Shown: in pieces, positions 35,723-46,448 of the stretch
Layout of the letters: each line of letters begins with the position of its first letter
Numbering within the stretch: the first letter of the stretch is position 1
Assembly: GCA_963828735.1 (NCBI GenBank)
Contig: CAWHFW010000005.1
Location: 64,001 to 128,000, forward strand
Length of the DNA: 64,000 nucleotides
Source: an uncultured Gemmatimonadales bacterium
GTDB taxonomy: Bacteria > Gemmatimonadota > Gemmatimonadetes > Gemmatimonadales > GWC2-71-9
Direction: 5' to 3'
Translations under genes and position numbers: made by a program
The notes under the pieces: model-generated
The model's input: the letters and a program-made list of their open reading frames with translations, nothing else
What the model was told of the DNA's origin: nothing
Databases searched by the model: none

Positions 35723-36985
35723 TCAGGACGGGAGCTTGGCGACCTGGGTTGCATCCGCGCCCGGCGGAATGTCGGGCGACAGGATGTTCAGCAGGCGAGC
35801 CGTGGCGCTGTGCTCCCGCACGTGCACCACTTGGAGGGTGGCCATCACGTCATTGATGAGCTGGCGGCCGTCCGGCAGGCGCTGAGCACGCCGGCGGATC
35901 TCGAACAGGTCACCCGCCGCGACGCCATCCTGGCGTCCCTTGTCGAGGAACACGACCATCTGCGGTGCCTTGAGGTCCTGCCGGCCGGGGCCGCCCAGGA
36001 ACGTGGCGTGAACGCCCTCGGTGACCGGCACCGCGTGAGCTTCGCCCGACGGCGTGAACTTCTCCGCCGGCAGCACGTGCTGCCCCAGCCGGATCGGCCC
36101 GTAGGTGGCGACCACGATGGCCACGTAGCGGCCCTGGACCGTATCGGTCACCTGGGCAAGGCCAGTGGGGATGATCACGTCGCCGTGGGAGGGAATCTCG
36201 CGACCGATCTGGACCACGAGCAGCGTATCGCCGATCTGGTACGTGGCGCCGCGCGGCGCCTGGATGGCGATGATCGAGTAGGGCAGCGCGCTCGCGTTGA
36301 TGCTGCTCGCGCGGATCTGCTGCGGAGTCACCGGTCCGAGCACCGCGCCGTACGGCAGCCGCTGGTTCTCGGTCAGAAAGCCGGAGGAGTAGAACTCGCT
36401 CCGCCGAAGCGCGCGATAGGGCTGATGCTTGTAGTTCCGCAGGCTCTCCTCGATCATTGCCGTCCGCGGGGGACCGAACAGCCCCTGCTCCTCGCCGCGC
36501 TCGTTGGCCGAGACGGCCGTGAGCTGCGCGAGCGTCTTCTGCGACGGGTCCGACGGCATGTCCTGCTGCGCGTCGGCGACGGGCGCATCAGCGACCCCGG
36601 TGCCGGCAGGCGCAGTATCGGATACCGTTGCGGGGACCTGGGCCATGGCAGGCATGGCGACCGCGCTGTCCGCCGGAGCCGCGGCAACCGGCGCCGCGGC
36701 CTCGGGCGTATCGGTGGCGGGAACGGCCTTCACGCTGTCGCCGCCGGCGAGGCTGAGCACCTCACCCGGATAGATCCAGTGCGGATCCTCGACGACGCTC
36801 GTATTCAGACGGTAGATGTCCGGCCAGAGGAACGGATCGCCGCGATACTGCTTGGCGAGGTCCCACAGCGTATCGCCCTGGCGGACCGTATGGGTCTCGG
36901 GCGCGGCAGCCTGTGCGAGCGCGAGACCCGGGGTCAGGGTCAGGGCAAGCAGGCCCACCCACTTCCAGTGGAACGTGCGCGGCAT
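35723..36985 (-). CDS. Secreted LysM peptidoglycan-binding protein (TsaP-like architecture)
   Basis: Signal peptide ALA-Q; HTVRQGDTLWDLA..Y.GDPFLWPDIY..N...DPHWIYPG; C-terminal LDKG..DGV..GD. Confidence 0.88.
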   Translation of the reverse strand: MPRTFHWKWVGLLALTLTPGLALAQAAAPETHTVRQGDTLWDLAKQYRGDPFLWPDIYRLNTSVVEDPHWIYPGEVLSLAGGDSVKAVPATDTPEAAAPVAAAPADSAVAMPAMAQVPATVSDTAPAGTGVADAPVADAQQDMPSDPSQKTLAQLTAVSANERGEEQGLFGPPRTAMIEESLRNYKHQPYRALRRSEFYSSGFLTENQRLPYGAVLGPVTPQQIRASSINASALPYSIIAIQAPRGATYQIGDTLLVVQIGREIPSHGDVIIPTGLAQVTDTVQGRYVAIVVATYGPIRLGQHVLPAEKFTPSGEAHAVPVTEGVHATFLGGPGRQDLKAPQMVVFLDKGRQDGVAAGDLFEIRRRAQRLPDGRQLINDVMATLQVVHVREHSATARLLNILSPDIPPGADATQVAKLPS

Positions 36986-37061
36986 CGGGGTCTCCCAGCG
37001 ACTTCGGTGTCGGATATGGAGATGGCGTTCAGGAACCGGACAACGGTTCCGGGGCGGGAGG

Positions 37062-37078
37062 CGCAAATTCAACGCCAG
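37062..37078 (-). promoter_or_regulatory. Putative sigma54 promoter TGGC-GTTGAAT-TTGC for the LysM gene
   Basis: GG-N10-GC with TTGC -12 element. Confidence 0.5.
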
Positions 37079-37273
37079 TGAACAGGCGCCCGGAAAAGAG
37101 GGGCTAAGCCACTGGCGAAAATAGGCTTGGCTTACCGGCCGGGGCCGTGGGGCACCCGGCCGGCTCTGGCGAATGGCGGGGGGTCGGGAGTTATCCGGCT
37201 GCCATAAGGCGGGAAACGGGGGCGGCCGGGCCGCGGCCCCGCCCAACCCCCTGGGACGACCCCAGTTCACTGC

Positions 37274-37754
37274 TCAGAAGGGGAGATCGTCGTCCTCGGC
37301 GTCGAGCGCCTCCGGGAAGTCCTCGAACGATTCCTTGCCTTTGGGTGCCGCGGTGGCCGCCGCGCCGACCTTGCCGGGCGGGGAGAAGGACGACTCCGCA
37401 CCATCAGCCCCGACCCGAGAGAAGGATCAGCTCGCGGGCGGTGATCTCGGTGGTATAGCGCGTCTGTCCCTCGCGGTCCTGCCACGAGCGATACTCGATG
37501 CTCCCTTCGACGTAGACCTTGTCGCCCTTCTTGCAGTACCGCTCGGCGATGTCGGCGAGGGTCGAGCCCTTGTTGTTCCAGAGCACCACGCGATGCCACT
37601 CGGTCTTTTCCTGTTTCTCGCCGGCCTGGTTCTTCCACTGCCGGCTGGTCGCGACGGAGAGCGTCGCCACGCGGGAGCCGTTCGAGGTGCTGCGGACCTC
37701 GGGATCGGCGCCGAGGTTCCCGATCAGGATGGCTTTGTTCAGACTCCGGCTCAC
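37274..37754 (-). CDS. ssb: Single-stranded DNA-binding protein, frameshifted at ~37404-37411
   Basis: SLNKAILIGNLGADPE, KTEWHRVV and KGDKVYVEG; frame ends at TGA 37404; acidic tail ...EDDDLPF* is in another frame ending at 37274; AGGAGG SD. Confidence 0.92.
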
Positions 37755-37882
37755 ATGCACCTCCTAGATGCTGGCGTGGGGCCACGACCGTGGACCCGGG
37801 GAAAATGTAGGGCTCGCAAGTTGTGTCGTCAACCAAAGTTACGCTTTGACCAACAGAATCGCGCAGGGCGCCACGACACCCC

Positions 37883-38341
37883 TCACGCACTCTGCTCCAT
37901 GCCAAGCCGCAGCACCAGCGCATCCTCGCGCGGATTGCGGTAGTACGATGCGCGCTGACCCACCGGCCGGAAGCCGTGGCCGACGTACAGTGCCTGCGCC
38001 GAGATGTTGGATTCGCGAACCTCGAGAAACACCTCGTCCACCTTCCGGCGCCGAAACGTAGCCAGGCCCGCATCGAGCAACGCGCCACCGATGCCGCGGC
38101 GCCGGGAGTCGGGCGCGACGGCGAGATTGAGCACCTCACCCGTGCCGGCCACCTCGCGGCCGATCAGGTACCCGGCGACACCGCGCCCGGTCTCCGCCAC
38201 GAGGCCGAACGTCCAGGGCGAGGTGAGCGCCTCTCGAAAGCTTCCCTCACTCCAAGGATCGCTGAAGGCCCGCCGCTCGATGCCCATGAGCGCGCTGACG
38301 TCAGCCGCGACTGCCGATCGAATCCGGTAGGGGGCGTCCAT
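37883..38341 (-). CDS. rimI: Ribosomal protein S18 alanine N-acetyltransferase
   Basis: NLAVAP..RRRGIG; FLEVRESN; R..YY.NP.EDA; follows tsaB. Confidence 0.92.
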   Translation of the reverse strand: MDAPYRIRSAVAADVSALMGIERRAFSDPWSEGSFREALTSPWTFGLVAETGRGVAGYLIGREVAGTGEVLNLAVAPDSRRRGIGGALLDAGLATFRRRKVDEVFLEVRESNISAQALYVGHGFRPVGQRASYYRNPREDALVLRLGMEQSA

Positions 38342-39017
38342 GCGCCGTCTCCCAGCGAGCCTGCGCCTCGGCCGGCCGGCCGTAGCTCGGTTCCCAGCTC
38401 TCCACATGCTCGAGCCGCACCGCTCCTCCCGGCCGGTCGATCAGGCCGAGCAGGTCCCGCGCGTGCGGCGCGCCTACCGGTGGCGCGATGAGGGCCTGGG
38501 CGAACCCTTCCTCGAGCCGGCGGACCAAAAGCGGCGGCGCTTCTCCGACCAGCCGGGTCGGCCGGAGGCCCCTTCCCAGCAGATCCTCCGGCCGGTACAC
38601 GGACGGGGGGAGCAGCGCTTCGATGCCGTCCACGTGGAAGCCGAACGCCGCGGCGTAGAGCTCGCCGCGAAGCGCGTTGGCCACCGCAAGCACCGTCTCG
38701 CCCGGGCGCGCGACGCCACTCGCCCGCACCAACAGCGATGGCGCGGCCCAGACTGGAAGGTCTCGAGTGCGCGCCAGCGCCTTCGCCACCGCGACCCCCA
38801 CCCGGAGCCCGGTGAAGCTGCCAGGTCCGTCGCTGACCGCCAGGCCGGTGATGGCCGCGAGCCCGATGCCGGCATCCCGCAACAGCGCGTCGATCGCGGG
38901 CAGAAGCTCCGCGGCATGTCGGCGCGCGCCGACGATGCCACGCTCGACGGCATCGGCGGACGACGTCCCGATCGCGACCGACGCTCGGTCGGTGGCCGTC
39001 TCGATGGCCAGCCGCAT
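38301..39017 (-). CDS. tsaB: t6A tRNA modification protein TsaB
   Basis: LAIETAT; GPGSFTGLRVG; RGELY. Confidence 0.93.
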   Translation of the reverse strand: MRLAIETATDRASVAIGTSSADAVERGIVGARRHAAELLPAIDALLRDAGIGLAAITGLAVSDGPGSFTGLRVGVAVAKALARTRDLPVWAAPSLLVRASGVARPGETVLAVANALRGELYAAAFGFHVDGIEALLPPSVYRPEDLLGRGLRPTRLVGEAPPLLVRRLEEGFAQALIAPPVGAPHARDLLGLIDRPGGAVRLEHVESWEPSYGRPAEAQARWETAHGRPLPDSIGSRG

Positions 39018-39427
39018 CAGAGCGCCTCGAGCCCGCGGCGCGAGACGTCGGGAAGATGATGCAGGCGGAATCGCCGATCGGGCTCAGGCAGCCAGGCGCC
39101 CGCGCGCTCCGCCCATTCGACCAGGATCGCGTCACCCTCGGTCACCAGTCCCTCCCAGTCGAGATCGGCGGCTTCCTCGGGGGAGCGAAGGCGATAGCAG
39201 TCGAGGTGAAACACCGGACCGCGCCGCCCGCGATAGCGGTGGACGAGCGCGTACGTCGGGCTCGTAGCCTGGCCCGCCACGCCGAGCCCGCGCGCGATGG
39301 CCTGGATGAAGGTGGTCTTTCCAGCGCCCAGATCGCCCTCGAAGGCGAGCACGGCTCCGGGCGGTAACGACCGGCCCAGCGTTTCGCCTTCCTCGCCGAG
39401 CTGGGACAGCGTCAGCTCACGGATCAC
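39017..39427 (-). CDS. tsaE: t6A tRNA modification ATPase TsaE
   Basis: [25 protein letters not shown]. Confidence 0.95.
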   Translation of the reverse strand: MIRELTLSQLGEEGETLGRSLPPGAVLAFEGDLGAGKTTFIQAIARGLGVAGQATSPTYALVHRYRGRRGPVFHLDCYRLRSPEEAADLDWEGLVTEGDAILVEWAERAGAWLPEPDRRFRLHHLPDVSRRGLEAL

Positions 39428-41469
39428 GCTTGGCGGCGGAGCCTCGGCGCCGCACCCCGGCGGACGTCGGGCGCGCCCATTGCCTTGAGGTCGTTGAGCT
39501 GATCACGCAGCATCGCGGCGAGCTCGAACTCGAGGTTGGCCGCGGCTTCGCGCATCTGCCGCTCGAGCGACTGGATCGCGGCCGCGCGGCGCGCGGGATC
39601 ATGGAGATCCACCACGCCCAGCGCCCCCTGCTTGGGCTCGGGCCGCTCGGTTCGCGCATCGGCCACGTGGGTGGAGAGCCGGACCTCCTCCATGGACTTG
39701 ACGATGGAGCGCGGCGTGATGCCGTGCTCCTCGTTGTGGCGCTGCTGGATCACCCGGCGTCGCGTCATCTCGTCCAGCGCGCGCTGCATCGACCCCGTGA
39801 TCGAGTCGGCGTACATGATGGCCCGCCCGTTCACGTGGCGCGCCGCCCGGCCGATGGTCTGGACGAGGGAGCGGTCGCTGCGGAGAAAGCCTTCCTGGTC
39901 GGCGTCCAGGATGGCCACCAGCGACACCTCCGGCAGGTCGAGGCCTTCGCGAAGCAGGTTGATTCCCACCAGGACGTCGAAGTCGCCCAGGCGAAGCCCG
40001 CGAAGGATCTCCATGCGCTCGATCGCGTCGATGTCGGAATGGAGATAGCGCACGCGCACGCCGGCCTGCTGCAGGTAGTCGGTGAGGTCCTCGGACATCC
40101 GCTTGGTGAGCGTCGTGACCAGGACGCGCTCGTGGCGGGCCTCGCGGGCGCGGATCTCGTGAAGCAGATCGTCCACCTGGCCGCGCACCGGACGGATGTC
40201 CACCTCCGGATCCACCAGTCCGGTCGGCCGGATGATCTGCTCCACCACGGCGCCCTGCGAGAGCCGCAGCTCGAAGTCGCCCGGCGTGGCGGAGAGGTTG
40301 ATCATCTGCGGCACCAGCGACATGAACTCGTCGAACTGGAGCGGCCGGTTGTCCAGGGCCGACGGGAGGCGGAAACCGTACTCGACCAGCGTGAGCTTGC
40401 GGGCGCGGTCACCGTTGTACATCCCGCCGATCTGCGGGATGGTCACGTGGGACTCGTCCACCACGACGAGAAAGTCGGGCGGGAAGTAGTCGAACAGGCA
40501 CGCCGGGCGCTCGCCGGCGCGCCGTCCGCTGAGCGGCCGCGAGTAATTCTCGATGCCGGCGCAGGTGCCCACCTCGAGCAGCATCTCGACGTCGAAATTG
40601 GTGCGCGACTCCAGTCGCTGCGCCTCGAGCAGCTTCCCCGCCCCGCGCAGCTCGGTCAGCCGCTCGGCGAGCTCCGCCCGGATGGCAATGACGGCCCGCT
40701 CGATCTTGGACCGCTCGGTCACGAAGTGCTTGGCGGGATAGATGGCGCACTGCTCGAGCTGGGCGATGGTGGCGCCGCTGAGCGGGTTGATCTTGCTGAT
40801 CCGCTCGACCTCGTCGCCCCAGAGCTCGATGCGGATGGCCTGCTCGGCGTAGGCGGGAAAGATCTCGATCGAGTCGCCGCGCACGCGGAACGTGCCCTGC
40901 TCGAAGGCGACGTCGTTCCGGCCGTACTGGATGCGGACCAGCTCGCCGAGGATGTCGTCGCGCCCGCGCTGCTCGCCACGCCGCACGGTCACCATGAGCT
41001 TCCGGTACTCGAGCGGATCGCCGAGGCCATAGATGGCGCTCACGGTGGCGACGATGACGACGTCTTCCCGCTCCATCAGGCTGGACGTGGCGCGCAACCG
41101 AAGGCTTTCAATGTCCTGATTGATCGAGGCGTCCTTCTCGATGTAGACGTCGGTCGACGGGACGTAGGCCTCGGGCTGGTAGTAGTCGTAGTACGAGACG
41201 AAGTATTCGACCGCGTTCTTGGGGAGGAACTGGCGCAGCTCACCGTACAGCTGGGCCGCCAGGGTCTTGTTGTGGGACAGGACCAGGGTGGGCTTTCCGT
41301 GCGCCGCGATGGTGTGCGCCAGGGTCATCGTCTTGCCCGAGCCGGTGACGCCGAGCAAGGTCTGGTACTTGTCGCCCCGCTCGAGGCCGGCCGTGAGCTC
41401 GGCGATGGCCCTGGGCTGGTCGCCAGCGGGGGCAAAGGGGGCGACGACTTCGAAGCGGGGGGACGTCAT
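39424..41469 (-). CDS. uvrB: Excinuclease ABC subunit B
   Basis: [42 protein letters not shown]-terminal UVR domain; start at ATG 41469. Confidence 0.98.
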   Translation of the reverse strand: MTSPRFEVVAPFAPAGDQPRAIAELTAGLERGDKYQTLLGVTGSGKTMTLAHTIAAHGKPTLVLSHNKTLAAQLYGELRQFLPKNAVEYFVSYYDYYQPEAYVPSTDVYIEKDASINQDIESLRLRATSSLMEREDVVIVATVSAIYGLGDPLEYRKLMVTVRRGEQRGRDDILGELVRIQYGRNDVAFEQGTFRVRGDSIEIFPAYAEQAIRIELWGDEVERISKINPLSGATIAQLEQCAIYPAKHFVTERSKIERAVIAIRAELAERLTELRGAGKLLEAQRLESRTNFDVEMLLEVGTCAGIENYSRPLSGRRAGERPACLFDYFPPDFLVVVDESHVTIPQIGGMYNGDRARKLTLVEYGFRLPSALDNRPLQFDEFMSLVPQMINLSATPGDFELRLSQGAVVEQIIRPTGLVDPEVDIRPVRGQVDDLLHEIRAREARHERVLVTTLTKRMSEDLTDYLQQAGVRVRYLHSDIDAIERMEILRGLRLGDFDVLVGINLLREGLDLPEVSLVAILDADQEGFLRSDRSLVQTIGRAARHVNGRAIMYADSITGSMQRALDEMTRRRVIQQRHNEEHGITPRSIVKSMEEVRLSTHVADARTERPEPKQGALGVVDLHDPARRAAAIQSLERQMREAAANLEFELAAMLRDQLNDLKAMGAPDVRRGAAPRLRRQA

Positions 41470-41603
41470 CGGGCAAATATAACCTGCCGGGGTTTGTTCG
41501 GAGAGGGGGGCCGGCCGCCTCCGACCCGAGCGCCCTGAGCCCCGCGACGGTGGGTCAGGGCCGGGCAGGCGCGGACGCACTCCGCCTGCCCGTCCCGCGG
41601 AGA

Positions 41604-42992
41604 TCAGCCCGTCAGCGCCGCGCAGAACTCCCCGAACACCGCGACGTAGCGATCCACGTCGGCGTCGGTGTGCTGCACCGATAGGGTCCACTGCTCTTCG
41701 TCGCCTGGCGTCATGAAGATGCCGCGGTTCAGCAACCAGGGGAACGACGCGGCGAACAGCTCCGGCTTCGTATCGAGGAAGTCCCGGTAGTCCTTCATGG
41801 GCTTCGGACGGTAGGACACGCAGCCTTTGGCTCCCAGATCGATCGTATGGGCGGGGAGCTGGTGCCGGTCGATCGCGGCTTGACACCCCTGCGCCAGGCG
41901 CGAGCCGAGTCGAGCGAGGTGGAGGTAGGCATCCGGGGTGAGGACCTCGGTGAGCGTCACCAGTCCGACATGCGACACGAGCGGGTTGCCGTTGTAGGTG
42001 CCCATCTGTGAGACGCCGCGCTCGATGAGCCGCATCAGGTCCTCGCGCCCGCCGAATGCGGCGGCGGGGAGGCCGCCCGAGATGGCCTTGGCGAGGCAGA
42101 CGAGGTCCGGCTGCACGCCGAAGCGTTCGATGGCCCCGCCCGCGGCGATGGTGAAGCCGGTCTTGATCTCGTCAAAGATGAACACCACGCCGTGCTTGGT
42201 GCACAGCTCGCGCACCCGCTGGAGGTAGCCGGGCTGCGGCACCACGATCCCGATGTTCATCATGGCCGGCTCCATGATGAGGCAGGCGATCTCGGAGCCG
42301 CGCTCCTGGAAAACGCGCTCGAGATGGTCCGCGTCGTTGAACGGGACGACCTGGATGTACTTGCCGGCGTCCTTCACCATCCCTTTCGACACGGGTGCGC
42401 TGCCGGGCCGGTCGCGGCCGCCCATGAGGTCCGCGTTGGGGACGATCGAGAACATCACGCTGTCGTGGTGCCCGTGGTACGAGCCTTCGACCTTGCAGAC
42501 CACGTCCCGACCCGTGGCGGCGCGCGCCACCCGGATCGCGTCCATGGTCGACTCCGTCCCCGAGTTGGTGAAGCGCAGCATTTCCAGGTTGAACCGCCGG
42601 CAGATCTCCTCGCCGAACGCCACGGCCGATTCGGTGGTGACCGCGAAGTGGGTCCCGCGGCTCGCCGCCTCGTGGATCGCCTCGACGATCCGAGGATGGG
42701 CGTGCCCGACCACCATCGCGCCGAACCCGCAGTGGAAGTCCAGGTACTCGGATCCGTCCTGGTCCCACACGTGACTGCCCCGGCCGTGGCTCACGTAGAT
42801 GGGATAGGGCTGCATCTTCTGAAAGGACGAGACGACCCCGAACGGCAGGGTGCGGCTCGCCCGCTCGAACAGTTGGGCTGACCGGGGGGTGCGCGTGAGC
42901 AGTCGAGCCATCTCCGCCTGCCCGATGTCCTGGGCGCGGGCGAGCAGCCGATCGCTCACCGACCGCTCGCCGGCGGCGAGGGTGGTGGTCAT
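41604..42992 (-). CDS. Class III PLP aminotransferase (glutamate-1-semialdehyde aminomutase-like)
   Basis: [44 protein letters not shown]. Confidence 0.88.
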   Translation of the reverse strand: MTTTLAAGERSVSDRLLARAQDIGQAEMARLLTRTPRSAQLFERASRTLPFGVVSSFQKMQPYPIYVSHGRGSHVWDQDGSEYLDFHCGFGAMVVGHAHPRIVEAIHEAASRGTHFAVTTESAVAFGEEICRRFNLEMLRFTNSGTESTMDAIRVARAATGRDVVCKVEGSYHGHHDSVMFSIVPNADLMGGRDRPGSAPVSKGMVKDAGKYIQVVPFNDADHLERVFQERGSEIACLIMEPAMMNIGIVVPQPGYLQRVRELCTKHGVVFIFDEIKTGFTIAAGGAIERFGVQPDLVCLAKAISGGLPAAAFGGREDLMRLIERGVSQMGTYNGNPLVSHVGLVTLTEVLTPDAYLHLARLGSRLAQGCQAAIDRHQLPAHTIDLGAKGCVSYRPKPMKDYRDFLDTKPELFAASFPWLLNRGIFMTPGDEEQWTLSVQHTDADVDRYVAVFGEFCAALTG

Positions 42993-43064
42993 GAGGTCAC
43001 CTGGCTTGTCGTGGGGTCGGGGATGCTATCGCCTCGGAGGGGTCACTCAATGGCTTCCAGCTTG

Positions 43065-43115
43065 AGCTTGGATTCCCGGACGGCAGTTGTCAACTCCCGA
43101 AGGCGAGTGCACATT
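43065..43115. promoter_or_regulatory. Back-to-back promoters sharing a palindromic -35 region (AGTTGTCAACT)
   Basis: Plus strand TTGTCA-17-CACATT; minus strand TTGACA-17-CAAGCT. Confidence 0.5.
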
Positions 43116-43123
43116 CTCCAAAC

Positions 43124-44347
43124 ATGCCTCCCGCCGACCCTTCCACCACTGCCGCGTCGACCGCCGGTGTAGCCGGCCGGAACGGCGCGCGCGACCCGGT
43201 CATCACGCTGGAGCACGTCGTCAAGCGGTTCGGCTCCTACGTCGCGGTGCAGGACGCCAACTTCGCGATCGAACGCAGCGAGTTCTTCTCGATGCTCGGC
43301 CCCTCGGGCTGCGGCAAGACGACGACGCTCCGGATGATCGCCGGCTTCGAGCAGCCCACCACTGGGCAGATCCTGCTCGAGGGCCACGATGTGTCGCGGG
43401 TGCCGCCGTATCGCCGCAACGTGAACACCGTCTTCCAGCACTACGCGCTCTTCCCGCACATGACGGTCACCGACAACGTCGCCTTCGGACCGCGAAGCCA
43501 GAAGCTGGCGCCGAACGAGACGGCGCGGCGGGTGCGTGAGCTGCTGGAGGTCGTCCGCCTGACGCAGTTCGCCGACCGCAAGCCCGCCCAGCTCTCGGGC
43601 GGCCAGCAACAGCGGGTGGCGCTGGCGCGGGCCCTGGCCAACTACCCGAGCGCGCTTCTCCTCGACGAGCCGCTCGGCGCGCTCGACCTCAAGCTCCGCC
43701 AGGCGATGCAGATCGAGCTCAAGCGCATCCAGCGCGAGGTCGGCATCACGTTCATCTACGTGACGCACGACCAGGAGGAAGCGCTGACCATGTCGGACCG
43801 GATCGCGGTGATGAACGAGGGCCACGTCGAGCAGATCGGGTCCCCGCAGGAGATCTATCACTCGCCGACTTCGGTGTTCGTCGCCAACTTCATCGGCGTC
43901 GCCAACCTGATTCCCGGAGTCGTGCAGGACGCCTCCGGCGCAAAGGCGACGGTTCTCGTCGCGGGGAGCTACCGCATTCCCGTACCCCAGGGCACCGCCC
44001 GGTTGCGTCCTGGCGCCCCTGCCACCGTGATGGTCCGGCCCGAGCGCCTCCGGCTGAGCGAGGCGGCGGCCGCGGGAAGCGGAACCGGCGTGCCCGTGAC
44101 CGTCGAACACGCGGTGTTCCAGGGACCGGTGGTCCGGTGCACGCTGCGCGCGCTCGATGGGACCCTGATCGTGGCGCACGTCGGCCCCGAGCAGCCCCTG
44201 CCGCCGCTTCAGCCCGGTCTCGGCCTCCGGGTCGAGTGGGACTACGACGCCGCCCGGCTGCTGCCACCACCCGACGGCGCGCCCGTCGAGGAGGAGGAGG
44301 AGGACATGCGCCACACCGTCGAGCGGGCGAGTGTGCCCCGCCCGTGA
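43124..44347 (+). CDS. potA: Polyamine ABC transporter ATP-binding protein
   Basis: [56 protein letters not shown] domain. Confidence 0.9.
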   Translation: MPPADPSTTAASTAGVAGRNGARDPVITLEHVVKRFGSYVAVQDANFAIERSEFFSMLGPSGCGKTTTLRMIAGFEQPTTGQILLEGHDVSRVPPYRRNVNTVFQHYALFPHMTVTDNVAFGPRSQKLAPNETARRVRELLEVVRLTQFADRKPAQLSGGQQQRVALARALANYPSALLLDEPLGALDLKLRQAMQIELKRIQREVGITFIYVTHDQEEALTMSDRIAVMNEGHVEQIGSPQEIYHSPTSVFVANFIGVANLIPGVVQDASGAKATVLVAGSYRIPVPQGTARLRPGAPATVMVRPERLRLSEAAAAGSGTGVPVTVEHAVFQGPVVRCTLRALDGTLIVAHVGPEQPLPPLQPGLGLRVEWDYDAARLLPPPDGAPVEEEEEDMRHTVERASVPRP

Positions 44348-44387
44348 CCGTCATAACCCTTCACCGTCATCCGGCAGGAGCCATTCC

Positions 44388-45599
44388 ATGAGCCGACGAG
44401 AGTCCGACCAGCGCGATGCCGAGCTGCACGCCTTCCTTCGGGAGGCCATTACCCGCCGCGGGTTCATCCGACGGTCCGCGTTCGGCGCGGGCGGGCTGGT
44501 GCTGGGGAACAGCCTGCTCGCCGCGTGCGGAGGGGGCAAGGAAGGGGCGCCGGCCGCCGGCGCCGATTCGTCGGCGGCGACGGCCGCGGCGGGTGGCGGC
44601 GGAAAGACCCTCCGGATCTCGAACTGGCCGCTCTACATCGACAAGCAGACGGTGCCCGACTTCGAGAAAGCCACCGGCATCAAGACCGAGTACACCGAAG
44701 ACATCAACGACAACGGCGAGTTCTTCGCGAAGATCGGCGAGCCGCTCAAGCGGAACCAGAGCATCGACCGCGACATCATCGTGCTCACCGATTGGATGGC
44801 GGGCCGGATGATCAACCTGGGCTACGTCGCGCCGCTCGACGACTCCAAGTTCCCCAACCGGGCGAACCTGGTGGACAACGTGAAGGACGTGAGCTTCGAT
44901 CCCGGCCGCAAATACAGCGTGCCGTGGCTCTCGGGCATGACCGGCGTCGGCTACAACCCGAAGAAGACCGGCAAGGAGCTGACCAGCATCAACGACATCT
45001 TCGACCCCAAGTACAAGGGCCAGGTGACGATGCTGACCGAGATGCGGGACACGCTCGGGCTCGTCATGCTGGGCATGGGGAAGGATCCCACCAAGGCCGC
45101 CAAGGCTGACGTCGAGGCCGCCGCGGCCAAGATCAAGAAGGCACGGACCAGCGGGCAGATCCGGAAATTCACCGGCAACGACTACGCCGAGGACCTCGCG
45201 GCCGGCAACATCGCGATCGCCTTCGCCTGGTCTGGCGACATCCAGGGACTCGCCGCGGACAACCCGGATCTGAAATGGATCGCACCCAAGGAAGGCGCGA
45301 TGCTGTACTCGGACAACATGATGATTCCGAAGACGTCCGACCGGCAGGACCTCGCCATGGCCTGGATCAACTACGTGTACGATCCCAAGCACTCCGCCCA
45401 GATCGTGGCCGGCGCGCCCTACCTGTCGGCGGCCAAGGGCACCGGCGAGGAGCTGGCCAAGATCGCGCCGGACCTCGCCAAGAGCTCCCTCGTCAATCCG
45501 CCCGACGACCTCCGGGCGCGGCTGCACGTCTTCCGGGCGCTCAGCGACGCCGAGGACACCGAGTTCAACCGGATCTTCCAGGACGCCATCGGGGCATAG
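44388..45599 (+). CDS. potD: Polyamine ABC transporter substrate-binding Tat-lipoprotein
   Basis: TRRGFI Tat motif plus LAAC lipobox; ISNWPLYID; AWSGD; PKEGA..SDNM. Confidence 0.88.
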   Translation: MSRRESDQRDAELHAFLREAITRRGFIRRSAFGAGGLVLGNSLLAACGGGKEGAPAAGADSSAATAAAGGGGKTLRISNWPLYIDKQTVPDFEKATGIKTEYTEDINDNGEFFAKIGEPLKRNQSIDRDIIVLTDWMAGRMINLGYVAPLDDSKFPNRANLVDNVKDVSFDPGRKYSVPWLSGMTGVGYNPKKTGKELTSINDIFDPKYKGQVTMLTEMRDTLGLVMLGMGKDPTKAAKADVEAAAAKIKKARTSGQIRKFTGNDYAEDLAAGNIAIAFAWSGDIQGLAADNPDLKWIAPKEGAMLYSDNMMIPKTSDRQDLAMAWINYVYDPKHSAQIVAGAPYLSAAKGTGEELAKIAPDLAKSSLVNPPDDLRARLHVFRALSDAEDTEFNRIFQDAIGA

Positions 45600-45605
45600 C
45601 GAACC

Positions 45606-46448
45606 ATGGCAGGAACCGCTTCCGGGGGGTCGAGGCGCAGCCGCCTCGCCCCCTACCTGCTGGTGGCGCCGGGCATGCTGTGGCTCGTGGTGTTCTTCGT
45701 CCTGCCCACGATCACGCTGGCCCAGACCTCCTTCTCCGGGGCGGAGGGGGGGTGGCCGGCGTATCACAAGGCACTGACCGCATACGGCACCCACTTCTTC
45801 CGGTCGTTCCGCTACGCGTTCGCGGCAACGCTCCTGGCGCTCGCGCTCGGATATCCGCTCGCCTACTTCATCGCGTTCCGGGCGGGCAAATTCAAGAATG
45901 TGCTGCTGGGCCTCGTCGTTCTTCCGTTCTTCACCACGTTCCTGGTGCGCACCTTCGCCTGGAAGACGATCCTGAACGACGGCGGTCCGGCCGTCTGGCT
46001 GCTGCAGCGTCTCCACATCCTGGGTGAGGGCGGCCGTCTGCTCGACACCACGGTCGCAGTGGTGGGCGGCCTGACGTACAATTTCCTGCCATTCATGATT
46101 CTGCCGATCTACGTGAGCCTCGAGAAGATCGATCGGCGGCTGGTCGAGGCGGCCGAGGATCTCTACTCGACGCCGGTCGGCGCGTTCCGCAAGGTGGTGC
46201 TGCCGCTCTCGCTTCCCGGGGTGTTCGCCGGCAGCCTGCTGACCTTCATCCCGGCCATGGGCGACTTCATCAACGCCCAGCTCCTCGGTAGCCCCAACCA
46301 GCAGATGATCGGTACGGTCATCCAGAACCAGTTCCTCGAAGTGCGCGACTATCCGCTCGCGGCCGCGCTTTCCTTCGTCCTGATGACCGTCATCACCCTC
46401 GGCGTCCTGGCCTACGCCCGCGCGCTCGGCACCGAGGATCTCGCCTGA
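45606..46448 (+). CDS. potB: Polyamine ABC transporter permease
   Basis: GYPLAY; LVRTFAW; YNFLPFMILPIY.SLEKID..L.EAA.DL; FIPAMGDF. Confidence 0.9.
   Translation: MAGTASGGSRRSRLAPYLLVAPGMLWLVVFFVLPTITLAQTSFSGAEGGWPAYHKALTAYGTHFFRSFRYAFAATLLALALGYPLAYFIAFRAGKFKNVLLGLVVLPFFTTFLVRTFAWKTILNDGGPAVWLLQRLHILGEGGRLLDTTVAVVGGLTYNFLPFMILPIYVSLEKIDRRLVEAAEDLYSTPVGAFRKVVLPLSLPGVFAGSLLTFIPAMGDFINAQLLGSPNQQMIGTVIQNQFLEVRDYPLAAALSFVLMTVITLGVLAYARALGTEDLA

Noticed and set aside
41470..41886. N-terminal extensions given in the ORF track (uvrB, PHP phosphatase, comB, LysM, nadD, hutH, tolB)
   Set aside because: They overlap upstream genes, promoters or REP elements; family homology begins at the downstream starts used here
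41604..42992. Calling this gene hemL
   Set aside because: The family matches, but its context is the polyamine cluster with no hem genes nearby, so no symbol was assigned
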